A stretch of 63,006 nucleotides of DNA, filler included, from Welwitschia mirabilis (lineage: Eukaryota): the NCBI GenBank assembly GCA_051453625.1. It is 6 parts of one record of this genome, joined end to end, with 100 filler letters (N's around TTAATTAATTAA, not from the genome) between each part and the next. Parts side by side here need not be neighbours in the genome. Positions count along the whole stretch, not along the records: positions 27,971 to 47,124 come from JBOZIK010000001.1; positions 47,225 to 61,086 come from JBOZIK010000001.1; 4 more parts are not named here. One strand, given 5' to 3'. The notes beneath the pieces were generated by a model. The model was not told the origin of the DNA, searched no databases, and worked only from the letters and a program-made list of their open reading frames with translations. Positions 36,984-49,979 of the stretch are shown here, piece after piece (the stretch's first letter is position 1; each line of letters opens with the position of its first letter). Position numbers and translations under genes: made by a program.

Positions 36984-39900
36984 CTAGATAGAAGATGCTT
37001 GAGGAAAGGTCCTCCATGATTTCTGTTGTGCCTACAAATGGTAAGTAATAGAATAATTAGAAAGGAACAAAACTCATTTTATTAGTATCTCTCTTAAAAC
37101 ATCACTCTTCTTTGAAATGGAGAGGAGAGGACTATAAATAGGTCTCTCTAGGTGAGAAGAAGGAAGGACTATTACATTACAAAAACAAATAATTGAAAAC
37201 AATTCTTTACAAAACTTGACAACAAAGCATTAGAATTGCCAAAAGATGTGCAGTTGATAGAAGCTTCTTCTGTTGTCTTCATGAGTCTTCCTTGCAAAGA
37301 AGGTGAAATCATTTGCTAGATGGGAGTTTGGAAGAGAGTGAAGGCAAGATCACTATCCGGTATATGAGGAAGTGAGCTCCAGTCTTACAAATAACTTTTA
37401 CAGTGCTGGAGGGTAACAACGGAATAGAGAGAAAACATAGAGAGGGTCTCCCAGATGCAAAGACCTAAAAATGAGAGAGAAAGGGAAAGATGCCTCTTAG
37501 ATGAAAGGTAGAGAAGTTGGGAGTGTCATGGAAGAAAGGGAAGGGAAGTTATAATGTTGGGATCTAGATAGCATCTTTTTGCAGTTAGTTGTCCTCATTG
37601 TCCTTAAGCTAGTCATGATTCCATCATTGAGGTAGTGCTTGGAAGATCAATGTGGTAGTTGTAAAAAGGTTGACAAATGGCTAAGTAGTCATTGGTGGTA
37701 CTAAAGAGGATCACTCCATGAGAACAGTGCTCACTTAACTAGGTATCATGCTAGTACTCACCTTGTGGTGTAATGTCATAGGTAGGCTCACTTGATTTTG
37801 GTGTGCCTTCATGATTTGATTCAACTTTAAGACTTTTAAAGTTGAAGGAAAGGTGTGGACTGAATGATCATGCCCTTAATGAAGGAAGTTGGGGAAAGAT
37901 GTGAAAAAGAATGGCCTTGTCTGAAGAACTACATCTCTGAGAGTGAAACAACTTGGGGAGGATACTGACTCAAGAGATGCTGTTGTTCATGCTAGTAGAT
38001 GAACCAAATATAAAACTAGGTAAAGAACCTAATATCATTGTTGCACAGGGATAATTGGTGTTGACTAATCAAAAATTACACAAACTATTATAAAACTTTC
38101 AAGTTACAAATCAAAGAAAAGAAAAGGGAAAAAGAACAGAGGTTGAGAAATTGATTTTGAAACTTCATTTGGAAAAGTGGAAAGTAAGCGAGCTTTAAGT
38201 GTTTACCCGATTCGTCCTTTTGCTGTTCCTCACTCAACCATATGCTGCACTATCGTGAAACAAACTTCAGACCATCAAGTCTAAAGGCTTGGGTCGTGGT
38301 GACATAATCTCATTCACCATTTGAGTGTTGGTGAATTCGAAAGTTACTAATTCTTTACAGCAAATGGAAAGTATGAACTTTAAAGTGCACAAGATCCATG
38401 AAATTAGTAAGACTTAGATCAATTAACTTAATGAATTCACTCAGTTGGCCAAAGTAAAATTTAATAGTATGTGTTGCTTAAGCATTCCTAGTACAAAATG
38501 ACTTGAGAGTAACAATCACAAGAAAAGACTCTTTAGAATTAAATCAGAAATAGGCATATTACATCAAAGATAAACAAAGTAGAAAGGACTCCTTGAATTA
38601 TCCTTGAAAGTAAGCTCACTCCCTAAAGAGGCGCTCAGAAGGCCATCGCGACTGACGCTCCAAAGACTCTATACTTCGCCCAAACGAAGGATGTTTACAA
38701 TAAAGGGCTCAAGGCCCTTTTATAGGCAAGGATGGGCATGGAGGATGGTTACAAGCTTAGGTGAGTGGTCACATAATGATGACATGAGGTAGGGCAGTTT
38801 GTCATCTTTCAGTAGGTGAAGATCCTTATGACGAGGCCAACCACTTGGCTTCTAGATGCTGTTGTTGCTGCCAACCCCAGTCATCGCCACGTGTCTCCAC
38901 TGTCATCCTACTCAACAATGCCGCATGTTGTTGTTGTTGTGTGTCGTCGTCATCACGGCCATGTGTCATCAAAAATGCTACTTGCATTTAATGTAATTTT
39001 GCATGATAGTTCAAGAACATAAGAATGGACGTGTTTTGCTCAGAAACACTGGAGGCACCGGTAGTCCTAGACAATGGCGCTGACATTTTAGCTTGAATAA
39101 TCGTCATCTTTTGTAAAGTCCCTCAAAATGTGATAATTAACCTGAAAATGTCATGGGAAAATGATAAGTCCAAAATTAATATAGAAATCAATAGAAGACA
39201 TTTTTTTATGATAAAATCGATTATATTAATGTCCTCCATTAAAATAAATTGGTCATTTAACTTGATTGTAATGTCAATATTTATATGTTAACACACCCCC
39301 TAACCAGACTTTCGCTAGTGCCTTAACAAAAAGTTGATAATGATATGGTTAAACATGAAAAAATTGTCTAAATCGAAGTACTCAAGCATGAAAATGATAA
39401 AACTTTGAAAACTTTTATGACCAATTTTCTGCAATTAAGCTATCAAAATGAAAAATTTGGTGAAAAGCGAAGTGAAAACTAGATGCCATACCCCCTAACC
39501 AAAATTGAACTTTGTCCTCAAAGTTACATGGTGAAAAGTGTTAAAATTAGTTTGAGAACACAACCTTAGAAAGATTTTGAAGAGTCCTTTTTATTGAAAA
39601 CCATGCAAAATGATGCAACTAAGCTACAAAAGGGGAAAAAACTAACTATTGCAGAACAACCATTTTATTCTTCCTAAAAATTCTAAGTAAAAAGTCGAAC
39701 CCTAAGAAGTTTATTTTATGATGAGTTGGAATGGATGATGGAGACGGACAGTCAAAATGTGACAATGGACTTAACCATAAACCGATGAATAAATGAGCGA
39801 ACCTACCTAAGTTAATGGCCTTTATTATATTTTTGTGATTTTTAATGGATCTCGATATCAACTAAGTGTAGTATTAACCAACTAACTTGTAGGAATTGAA

Positions 39901-42380
39901 GAAATCATAGCAAATCCTAAGTATGAAAGTTANNNNNNNNNNNNNNNNNNNNNNNNNNNNNNNNNNNNNNNNNNNNNNNNNNNNNNNNNNNNNNNNNNNN
40001 NNNNNNNNNNNNNNNNNNNNNNNNNNNNNNNNNNNNNNNNNNNNNNNNNNNNNNNNNNNNNNNNNNNNNNNNNNNNNNGTTTCATGAAGAAACCACTACT
40101 GAATTGCCAGTAAGCATTTATATCCCCGATGCAATTCATTATGTTGTAATTAGATCATTAGAGTTGCATTGCTAGCGAGTGTCTATAGCATCGATGCAGT
40201 TAACTAAACCCAAATAAGTGATTAATGATATGTGCATTTGGAGAAGAGATATTAATTTTTCTTTTGTCCATCTTCTCATATTTAATTTTTTTTAGAGGGG
40301 TTCATTGGCTCATTAGCCTAATCATGACAATCGTGTCCCTATTAAAAGCTTTAGACATAACGATCATACAAGAGGGTAGATTCCACCTTTCTAACCAAGT
40401 TTTACTGAATTTGGAAACCTTAAATGAATGTGCTCTTAACCATCACACTGGATATAAACATAACTCTTCCTTAGAAACCCATAAGTGAACTTAATTGCAA
40501 CAATTACTTAAGTGAGAACGAGATCACTTATTATTGATTTTTGTTAAAGGCCATTTAACCTGAGTCCATAAGTCTCAAGAATTCATAGATCGATGGTTGG
40601 GGTGGATGGTTTGTTGGCTTAATGGGGTCGTTAGGAAATGGTAAGGGTGAATGGAGGGACTTAAGGGAAAGGACTTTGGGATTTCCTAAGTGAAAGTGTT
40701 TAAACCGATGATTGTACTGATGGTAGTGCTTGTGAGGTTTTAGGCGAGAGAAAGCATCATCCACACACAGTTTTAAGGTTTCTAATTTTTTCTAAAAGAA
40801 ATCTAGCCTAAAAGAAAATTTTGCTCTAAAACAAAAATCTAATCTAGAGGCTAAAAATTCTCTAAGGTGATATGTGCGTGAAGGCTTAAGAGTGTGGAAA
40901 CGAATGTTGGATAATTCAAGACTTTGTGAAGTATTTTGAACCATGAGGGAATCCATGTAAATTCTTATGCAATCGTTTATGAAATTCCAAAGAACATTAG
41001 TGTAGGCAGAAAAGTTTATGCATTTAAGATCAGTAGTAGTCCATCCCCTAGCTTGTTTATGTTTAATCAACAACTCTTGCAAGATATCATTTTGGGAAGA
41101 AGACAAAAACGAATTGGAAATTACCTGATAAGGTAAGTGTTCATCGGAAGAATTAAGGTCTTTGAAAGCTACTTCCAATTCTACAGAAGTTCTCTCTTCT
41201 TTGTTAAGGCTTAGGTCTCGCTTAGTAAGTGAAGGTGGAGATATAATGGTTGGCTTGTGGAGTTGTTGAGAAAAAGGTGAGGATTTCTCAAATGATGGAT
41301 CACATATGGGATTTTTACTAATATTCTTTTCCTAGTTAAGGTCACTAGTGGATTCCTCCTCGTGTGATAGCTTACGTGACAATCTTTGTAATTCAATTCT
41401 CTCTTTATTGATGTCGCTTAATGGCTTATCCGTTTTTGTGCAACTCTCTAAGGTATAGCCTTCCTCACATGGTTGTTCATCTTCTGATTCATCCTCTGAC
41501 GTGTTTAACCCTTTACTAAAGTATAGATTTCTCACGTATAATTGATCACTTAGTAGTACATTTCTAAACTCAAGATTTTTATGAATTTCCTCATTGGTTT
41601 CTTCCTCATTTCTAAAGGATATGGTTTGGTTATCAATAATTTCACTATTTTTATTTCTTTCAAGGTTTTCAATACTCTCAGGCTCATGGAATGTAGGAAG
41701 GTTATCCTTTTGTTGGTTGAGAATTCCAATAATTTGAGCACTAGTCTGCGTTATTTGTTGGAGGATTTGCTCAAGGTTACTTAGGGAAGAGGAGTGTTGT
41801 TTCAAAGCTCTCTCATGGTCTTGGTTAATTTGATTTTGAGCATGCATGAAAGTTTTTACTAACTCCTCAAATGGGGTGGAGGAAGGTTATTGTTGCATGA
41901 AGGAACATAGATGGTAAGGAACAAATGATGGGAGGATATGGTAAAATGAAAGGTATGGGATCAAACTCTTATTGAAAATAAGGTATTTCAAATTCAGGAT
42001 AACGAGTTTGTTTGGTATGTGGAGGGTGTTGGTCAAGTGAGTATGGAAAGGAGGGTGAAGGGTAGGGGTTGTTGTGTTGGATGTAGTCTCCTAAAGTTTT
42101 CCTGGGCCGAATGTAATCTCCTACAATTTTAAGTTGATCATGATTAGGTATATTGTAGGGATTTTTGTAGTTTTCATAAGCAGAATGGGATTCAAAAGCT
42201 GTTTTGTTCTATCTCCCAAAAGGATCATGTTCCCAACCCATGTCGATTTTTTAGAAAACAATATATGGGGTTCACTAAAAGATCATGTTTTCATGAAGTT
42301 TTACAAATATAGAGGAGGCCTGATATCTGAAAGATTTCAGAGAGTTGAGGAAGGGATTTCTATCAAGTCTGAGAGTTTTC

Positions 42381-45300
42381 TGACGCGGAATGATGCGACC
42401 CCCCGATACTTCTATTTTTTTTATTTTGCTATATATTGTTATTTCCTTGCTTTTAGTCCCACATTGTTTAGGGATTTCTGTTGAAAGGACTTATGCCCTA
42501 TAAATAAGTGGCTTATGTACTGTTTTAAGGGGGGCAGAAATAAAGAATTGGTTTGTTGTATTTGGAGGCCAATTGCTCTTTAAGTGTCTATTGAACCACA
42601 AATCGCCCAATGGGGCAGTGGGGATAATAGATAAACCATAGATCGCTGAATGAGGCAGTGGGCTTCACAGATCACTGAATGAGGCAGTGAAGTAAAAAAA
42701 GTATTTAATGCTTTCATGCTTCTGAGGTGGTATCAGAGCCTAATGGCGACCGACAGTAACGACGGTGGTCTTTGTGATGTGCTTGGGCGACTGGAGCCCT
42801 GATCCTTGGGGAAGAAGTGTTGCAATGATTGGAGCAACGTTTGCTGGGACACCTGGATCAAGAAACCAATCACAGATTCTGTCGCTTCAAAGAGCGGTTC
42901 GATGAGATTGCAGATTGGTTGGATGCTCTCGGTGTTGCTGTGAACCAGAACTGGATTAATGGCAAAAGGTCAGGAGTTGATGCTGCTTGTGGTGACCCTG
43001 TCTACAGGCTTGTTCCTGTCCGCAGGCAAAATTTCATGCATCTGATGAGTTGATGTACCCTAACCTTGAGCCCAACTTGAGGACGCGTTTTTCTCAAGTG
43101 GAGGGGATTGACGCGGAATGATGCAATCCCCACATAGTTTTATTTTTATATTTTGTTATATNNNNNNNNNNNNNNNNNNNNNNNNNNNNNNNNNNNNNNN
43201 NNNNNNNNNNNNNNNNNNNNNNNNNNNNNNNNNNNNNNNNNNNNNNNNNNNNNNNNNNNNNGGAGGGGATTGACGCGGAATGATGCAATCCCCCCATAGT
43301 TTTATTTTTATATTTTGTTATATATTGTTATTTACTTGCTTTTAGTCCCACATTGTTTATGGATTTCTGTTGAAAGGACTTATGTCCTATAAATAAGTGG
43401 CTTATGTACTATTTCAAGGGGGACCAATAAAGAATTGGTTTGTTGTATTTGGAGGCTAATTGCCCTCTAAGTGTCTATTGAACCACAGATTGCCAAAGGA
43501 GGCAGTGGGGATAATAAATAAACCACAGATCACCGAATGAGGCAGTGAAGTTAAAAAAAAAATTGAATGCTTTGACGCTGGGTCAGGATGGCGGTGGTCT
43601 CCTTGACGATGCTTAGGAGGCTGGAGCCCCAATCCTTGGGTACGAAGCATTGCAACAATTGGAGCAACGTTTATTGGGATGCCTGGATCAAGAAACCGAT
43701 TGCAGATTCTGTCGCTTTGAGGAGCGGTTCGATGAGATTACAGATTGGTTAGATGCTCTCGGTGTCGATGTGAACCAGAGCCGGATTAATGGCAGAAGGC
43801 CAGGAGTTGATGCTGCTCGTGGTGACTCTGACTACAGGCTTGTTCCTATTCGCAGGCAGAATTTCATGCATTTGATGAGCCGATGTACCTTGACCTTAAG
43901 CCCAACTCGAGGACGAGTTTTTCTCAAGTGGAGGGGACCGACGCAGAATGATGTAACCATCCTCCTCCCCCCCCAAATAGTTTTATTTTTATATTTACTA
44001 TACATTGTTATTTCCTTACTTTTAGTCCCACATTGTTTAGGGATTTCTATTGAAAGGACTTATATCCTATAAATAAGAGGCTTATATACTATTTTGGGGG
44101 AATGAAATAAAGAATTGGTTTGTTGTATTTGGAGGCTAATCACCTCGAAATGTCTATTGAACCATAGATCACCAAATTAGGCAGTGGGGATAATAGATTG
44201 ACCACAAATAGCCGAACGAGGCAGTGGGCTTCACAGATCGCCAAATAAGGCAGTGAAATTAAAAAAAAAATGAACGCTTTCACACTGCGTCAGGTGGTAT
44301 CAGTGCCTAATGACGACCAACGGTNNNNNNNNNNNNNNNNNNNNNNNNNNNNNNNNNNNNNNNNNNNNNNNNNNNNNNNNNNNNNNNNNNNNNNNNNNNN
44401 NNNNNNNNNNNNNNNNNNNNNNNNNNNNNNNNNNNNNNNNNNNNNNNNNNNNNNNNNNNNNNNNNNNNNNNNNNNNNNNNNNNNNNNNNNNNNNNNNNNN
44501 NNNNNNNNNNNNNNNNNNNNNNNNNNNNNNNNNNNNNNNNNNNNNNNNNNNNNNNNNNNNNNNNNNNNNNNNNNNNNNNNNNNNNNNNNNNNNNNNNNNN
44601 NNNNNNNNNNNNNNNNNNNNNNNNNNNNNNNNNNNNNNNNNNNNNNNNNNNNNNNNNNNNNNNNNNNNNNNNNNNNNNNNNNNNNNNNNNNNNNNNNNNN
44701 NNNNNNNNNNNNNNNNNNNNNNNNNNNNNNNNNNNNNNNNNNNNNNNNNNNNNNNNNNNNNNNNNNNNNNNNNNNNNNNNNNNNNNNNNNNNNNNNNNNN
44801 NNNNNNNNNNNNNNNNNNNNNNNNNNNNNNNNNNNNNNNNNNNNNNNNNNNNNNNNNNNNNNNNNNNNNNNNNNNNNNNNNNNNNNNNNNNNNNNNNNNN
44901 NNNNNNNNNNNNNNNNNNNNNNNNNNNNNNNNNNNNNNNNNNNNNNNNNNNNNNNNNNNNNNNNNNNNNNNNNNNNNNNNNNNNNNNNNNNNNNNNNNNN
45001 NNNNNNNNNNNNNNNNNNNNNNNNNNNNNNNNNNNNNNNNNNNNNNNNNNNNNNNNNNNNNNNNNNNNNNNNNNNNNNNNNNNNNNNNNNNNNNNNNNNN
45101 NNNNNNNNNNNNNNNNNNNNNNNNNNNNNNNNNNNNNNNNNNNNNNNNNNNNNNNNNNNNNNNNNNNNNNNNNNNNNNNNNNNNNNNNNNNNNNNNNNNN
45201 NNNNNNNNNNNNNNNNNNNNNNNNNNTGATGCGAACCGGAACCGGATTAACCGCAGAAGGCGAAGATTTGATGCTGCTCGTGGTGACCTTGTTTATAGGC

Positions 45301-45750
45301 CTGTTCTTATCCGCAGGCAGAATTTCATGCATTTGATGAGTCGATGTACCGTGACCCTTAGCTCAACTCGAGGATGCGTTTTGCTCAAGTGGAGGGGACT
45401 GACGCAGAATGATGTGACACCCCCCCTAATAGTTTTATTTTTACATTTTGCTATATATTGTTATTTCCTTACTTTTAGTCTCACATTGTTTAGGGATTTC
45501 TGTTGAAAGGACTTATGTCCTATAAATAAGAGGCTTATGTACTATTTCGGGGGAATGAAATAAAGAATTGGTTTGTTGTATTTGGAGGCTAATTGCCCTC
45601 GAAGTGTCTATTGAATCACAGATTGCCGAATGAGGCAGTGGGGATAATAGATTGACCACAGATCGCCAAACGAGGCAGTTGGCTTCACAGATCGACGAAT
45701 GAGGTAGTGAAGTTAAAAAAGAAAAATTTGAACGCTTTCACGCTGTATCA
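42381..45750 (+). mobile_element. Tandem-array TRIM (array 2): LTR-I-LTR-I-LTR-I...LTR with a single TSD
   Basis: LTRs 42381-42725, 43109-gap, 43271-43585, 43939-44292 and 45400-45750; consensus termini TGACGCRG...CTGCGTCA; PPT AAGTGGAGGGGA before each downstream LTR; TTTTC at 42376-42380 and 45751-45755. Confidence 0.93.
45521..45528 (+). promoter_or_regulatory. TATA box of the TRIM LTR
   Basis: CCTATAAATAAG is present in every sequenced LTR copy, about 90 bp upstream of the 24-bp motif cluster. Confidence 0.65.
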
Positions 45751-48700
45751 TTTTCCAAGCGAAAATGTCAGTGGTGCTAGTCAGGGAAAGGGACGACACC
45801 GGTCAGAATGAGATTTACAGCTTCAGAAAAGTTTTGGGGGTTCATGCAATTATCACAGAGTGTTTGACATTACAAGGCAATGAAAAAACCAAAAGAGAAA
45901 TGAAAATGGCAAAACATATGAATCCACTCTTAACAAAAATTAATTAAATATTTTTAGATTTTCAGTGTTTATATCAACAAGCTTGCACAAAAAATTAAAA
46001 CCAAAATTAAAAATGCTAAATGAAAATCATGCAAAGCAAGTTAAATTTTAGTGTTTTTTTGGTTCCTTGGCTGCAACTTACATAAACACTATTAGATCTA
46101 TAACCAGATCAAGTTAGAGCAAAGAAAACTAAAGAAAACTCAAACAAGACTAGTTCGGGTATCAGTGGAAATGACCTGTACCAACCATTGAAAAGAAAGA
46201 TAAACAAACAACAAAAAAAAAAAAAAAGAGAAAATGGACTAGTGTGGATATCCTTGGAAAGGAAATAGTACAAAAACTAACTAAAACCTTATAAGAAAGA
46301 AAGGTTTGTGCTCTTTCTGAGTGGCTACCGTACCATTATCCCTAGCAATGATGCTAACATCTTGTTTGTTCTAGTACATGAACTGGATTTAAAACTAGGT
46401 AAAGAACCTAGTATCGTTCTTTCATAGGGGTAATTACGGTTGATTAAACAAAAATTACACAAACTCTTACTAAGCTTGCAAGTTACAAATTAAAGAAAAG
46501 AAAAGGGAAAAAGAGGAGAGGTTGAGAAATTGGTTTTGAAACTTCGTCTGGAAAAGTGGGAAGTAAGCAAGCTCCAAGCGTTTACCTGATTTGTCCTTCT
46601 GCGATTCCTCACTCGACCATGTGCTACACTCTTGAAACAAACTTCAGACCATCAAGTGTAAAGGTTCGGGTCATGGTGGCATGATCTCATTCACCATTTG
46701 AGTGTTGGTGAATTTGAAAGTTACTAATCCTTCACAACCTAGTAATAAAAATGGAAAGTATGAACTTTAAAGTGCACAAGATCTATGAGATTACTAAGAT
46801 CAATTAACTTAACGAATTCACTCAGTTGACCAAAGTAAAACTTGATAGTGCGTGTTAGTTAAGCATTCTTAGTTTAAAATGAATTGAAACTAACAATCAA
46901 AAGAAAGCACTCTTTAGAATTGAATCAGAAATAGACACATCACATCAAAGATGAAGGAAGTAGAAAGGACTCATCAGATTATCCTCGAAAGCAAGCTTAC
47001 TCCCCAAAGAGGTGCTCAAAAGGCCATCACAACTGATGCTCCAAAGACTTTATACTTTGCCCAGACAAAGGAGGTTTATAGTAAAGGACTCAAGGCCCTT
47101 TTATAGGCAAGGATGGGGTTGGGGNNNNNNNNNNNNNNNNNNNNNNNNNNNNNNNNNNNNNNNNNNNNTTAATTAATTAANNNNNNNNNNNNNNNNNNNN
47201 NNNNNNNNNNNNNNNNNNNNNNNNAGGTGAAGATCCTTATGACGCGGCCAAGCACTTGGCTCCTAGATGCTGCTGCTGCAGCCAACCACTATCATCGCCA
47301 TGTGTCTCCATCATCATCCTGTTCAGCAATGCCACATGTCACTACTACATGTCATCGTCATCACTGCCATGTCATCAAGAATGCCAGTTACTTTTGATGT
47401 GGAACTTGATCAAGCCCATAACTGCATTTAATCTAATTTTCCATGACAGCCTAGGAACGTGAGAACGAAGATGTTTTGCTCAGAAAGATCGATGACGCCC
47501 CTCGGTAGTCTTGGACGACAGTGCTAGTGTTTTAGCTTGACTAATCATTATCTTTTACAAAGTCCCTTAAAATGTGATAATTAACTTAAAAATGTCAGGA
47601 GAAAACAATAAGTTCAAAATTAATATAGAAATCAATAGAAGACATGTTTTTATGAAAAAATCAATTATATTAATGTCTTTTGTTAAGATAAATTGTTCAT
47701 TTAACTTGATCATAATGTCAATTTTCACATGTTAATAGCTATGCACGAGATTGGAGGACACTGAATTTTACAAGGATGAGGCTAGGATGGAAGGTTGAAA
47801 GAAGGTGGAAGGAAGGGGTCTTGGAATTCCATGCCCGATGTGGGGAATTGACCTAGATTCCATCCCTTGGGTGTGGAATTTGAGTAATGAGGGTGTGGAG
47901 GGAGGAAGGAGGAGAAAGACAAAAAGGAGAAAAAGAGGGTGGGAAGGGAAGGGGAATAAGGAAAAGGGATAAGAGAAAGGTGAGAGGGGTAGGCAAATGG
48001 GGTCTTTAGAAATGAACTAGATGGGTAGCTTCTAAGGTTGTGGGCTAGCTTGGTGTTTGATGATGAAGATCCAAGCCAAAGATTCCACGCTGTCAAAGTT
48101 GGCATTTAACTGAGTTAAGATAGGAGAGAGACTTGGGAAAGAGGAATTCCACACCCAAGGCATGCAATTAATCTAGATGGTGAATTAAGGGAAAGGAGGA
48201 GGAAAGGGGGATGGGTGGAGAAAAAATGGAGAAAAAGGCAAGGGAAGGGAAGAATGAAGAGGAATGGGGAAGAATAAGGTTGATGAGGGAGCCTAGGAGG
48301 AGAAGGCAGATTGAAGATGTCTTCATGTGGAATGAGAAAGCTAGGGACGCTAACTGAAGGTAGAGCATAGAACTGGAAGAGATCAAGTTGTTGCCAGACT
48401 CCAAATCTGGTTGCTGAAGCTGAGCTGGAGCCCCAGGCTGGACAGAAGTGTGAGATCTAGGCTGGATTCCATGCGTTGGGCATGGAATCTAGGGGATGAG
48501 ATAGGGTTAAGGGGAAGGGGAAGGAAGAAAAGAGAAGGAAAGAAAGAGGAAGAAAGAAGGAAAGAAATGAAGAGGGGAGAGGAAGGGAGAAGAGGGAGCC
48601 AACTAGAAGAGAACGCTGAACAGAGTTGAAAACAGGTCCTCCCAATATTTTGGGGTTGGGTTGGTGTCTAAACACTTACTAACCATCAGGCATCCACAAG

Positions 48701-49979
48701 AGGACAGAAGAGAAATGAGAGGAGCAAAAAAGGTTAAGAAACTTTAATAGCGTAATTAAAGTAGTTGACCCTTTTAACTAAGCTGCTTCCAACCTTACCT
48801 TTTGATGCAACTTGTATGAAGTACAAAAGTTGGGGCCCACGACAAACATTCATAGAAAAGATTCCTCATTTTTGGTGCAAACCCTAGGTTTATTTATAAA
48901 AAGGGGGCCCAATACCTCATTTTGCACCTTCCACCTGTTAGTTTTCTTGAGTTTTGTGCAAGTTTTGTGAATTTTGTGTACAAATTTTCCAAGATGGCAA
49001 GTCAATCATCAAAGATCACCTTGAAGAATGGATCCTCTTCCAAGGCTACAAAAGGAACCTAGGGTACTCCCTTTGCCTCAACCACCAGTGAGTTTGCACT
49101 TCCATCTTTTGTTATCCTTATAGGGTAACTTTCCTGAACACTTCACTTTCTCAAGATTTCTCCTTGAAATGGAACATTGTTGCTCTTCAGACCCTATTGG
49201 CATGATTTTCACTGCCGCTCATTTATATCAATGGGTGCTAGGATGTATGGGCGGGAAGAAGGAAGGTCAGAAGTATGGAATAGTCAAGCACTACTCTCTC
49301 CTGTATTTCATTTAGGAGGATAGTGTGTTGGCAAGGAACTTAAAACAACTAGGGCTCTATGAGTTAGCTCATTTTCTAGACTTCAAATCTTCGCCAGTTC
49401 AGGTAGAGGACATTGAGCTAGCTTCTTTGTGTGTACATTCCAAGATCTCCTAATCCGACTCACATTTGGGTTCCTATCTTTGTCGATGTTATCAACCAAA
49501 TGTTTGATCTTCCTTCAAAGAGCCCGTCTGATGTCAAGACGATCCCGGACATTGCTTCCATGAATCTTCTCAACCTGCTACAAAATTGAAGATTACTTGA
49601 GGCGTTCGTTGAAGCACTCAAAAGTGAGAAGGGGATCTTAGTTTATCTTCTTAGAGAACTAGTCCGCTCAATGTGTTCATTCACCTGTTCGAGTCTCATC
49701 CTCTTTGATAAGGGGACTCACATCCTTGGAGTATTTTTTGAGGCCATGTGTGAGGTGATGGCCCATGGAACTAAGTATGCATTGACCGAACTAGTCAAAG
49801 AGAAGGTATTTGCCAACCTCATCCATTGCCAGAAGAATAACAAGATAAGGTGTGTAGCAGCCTTTTATGCTCAGGTCATGAGAGTTTAGTCTGGAAGTAG
49901 ATTGGTAAGAGACAATGTCTTATCTCTCCTTAAGGGTGAAAAGGTCACCTTAAGCTCCCACTCCTTTCTTAAGGGTGAA

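Larger units (their letters stand above)
37984..47737 (-). mobile_element. Internally deleted Athila-like element, host of TRIM array 2
   Basis: LTRs 37984-39293 and 46363-47737; near-TSD GCTGT/GCTAT; PPT TTAGGGGGTG (39294-39303); degenerate tRNA-Asp-type PBS at about 46339-46357; remnants 41332-41847 (gag-like) and 40792-41178 (LLIKHKQARGWTTTDLKCI, cf. HKKAIGWTxADIKGI). Confidence 0.85.

Noticed and set aside
42381-42725. Cassandra TRIM with 5S rRNA in the LTR
   Set aside because: No recognisable 5S rRNA sequence or Pol III A/C boxes; the LTR has a TATA box instead.
43101-43325. Two LTR starts only 162 bp apart counted as separate units
   Set aside because: Near-identical sequence either side of a 100-N gap; may be an unmerged contig overlap, so it was not counted as a certain extra unit.
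44270-45506. Long ORFs of 319-398 aa (similarly 735-1512 and 7988-8710)
   Set aside because: Length comes from runs of N.
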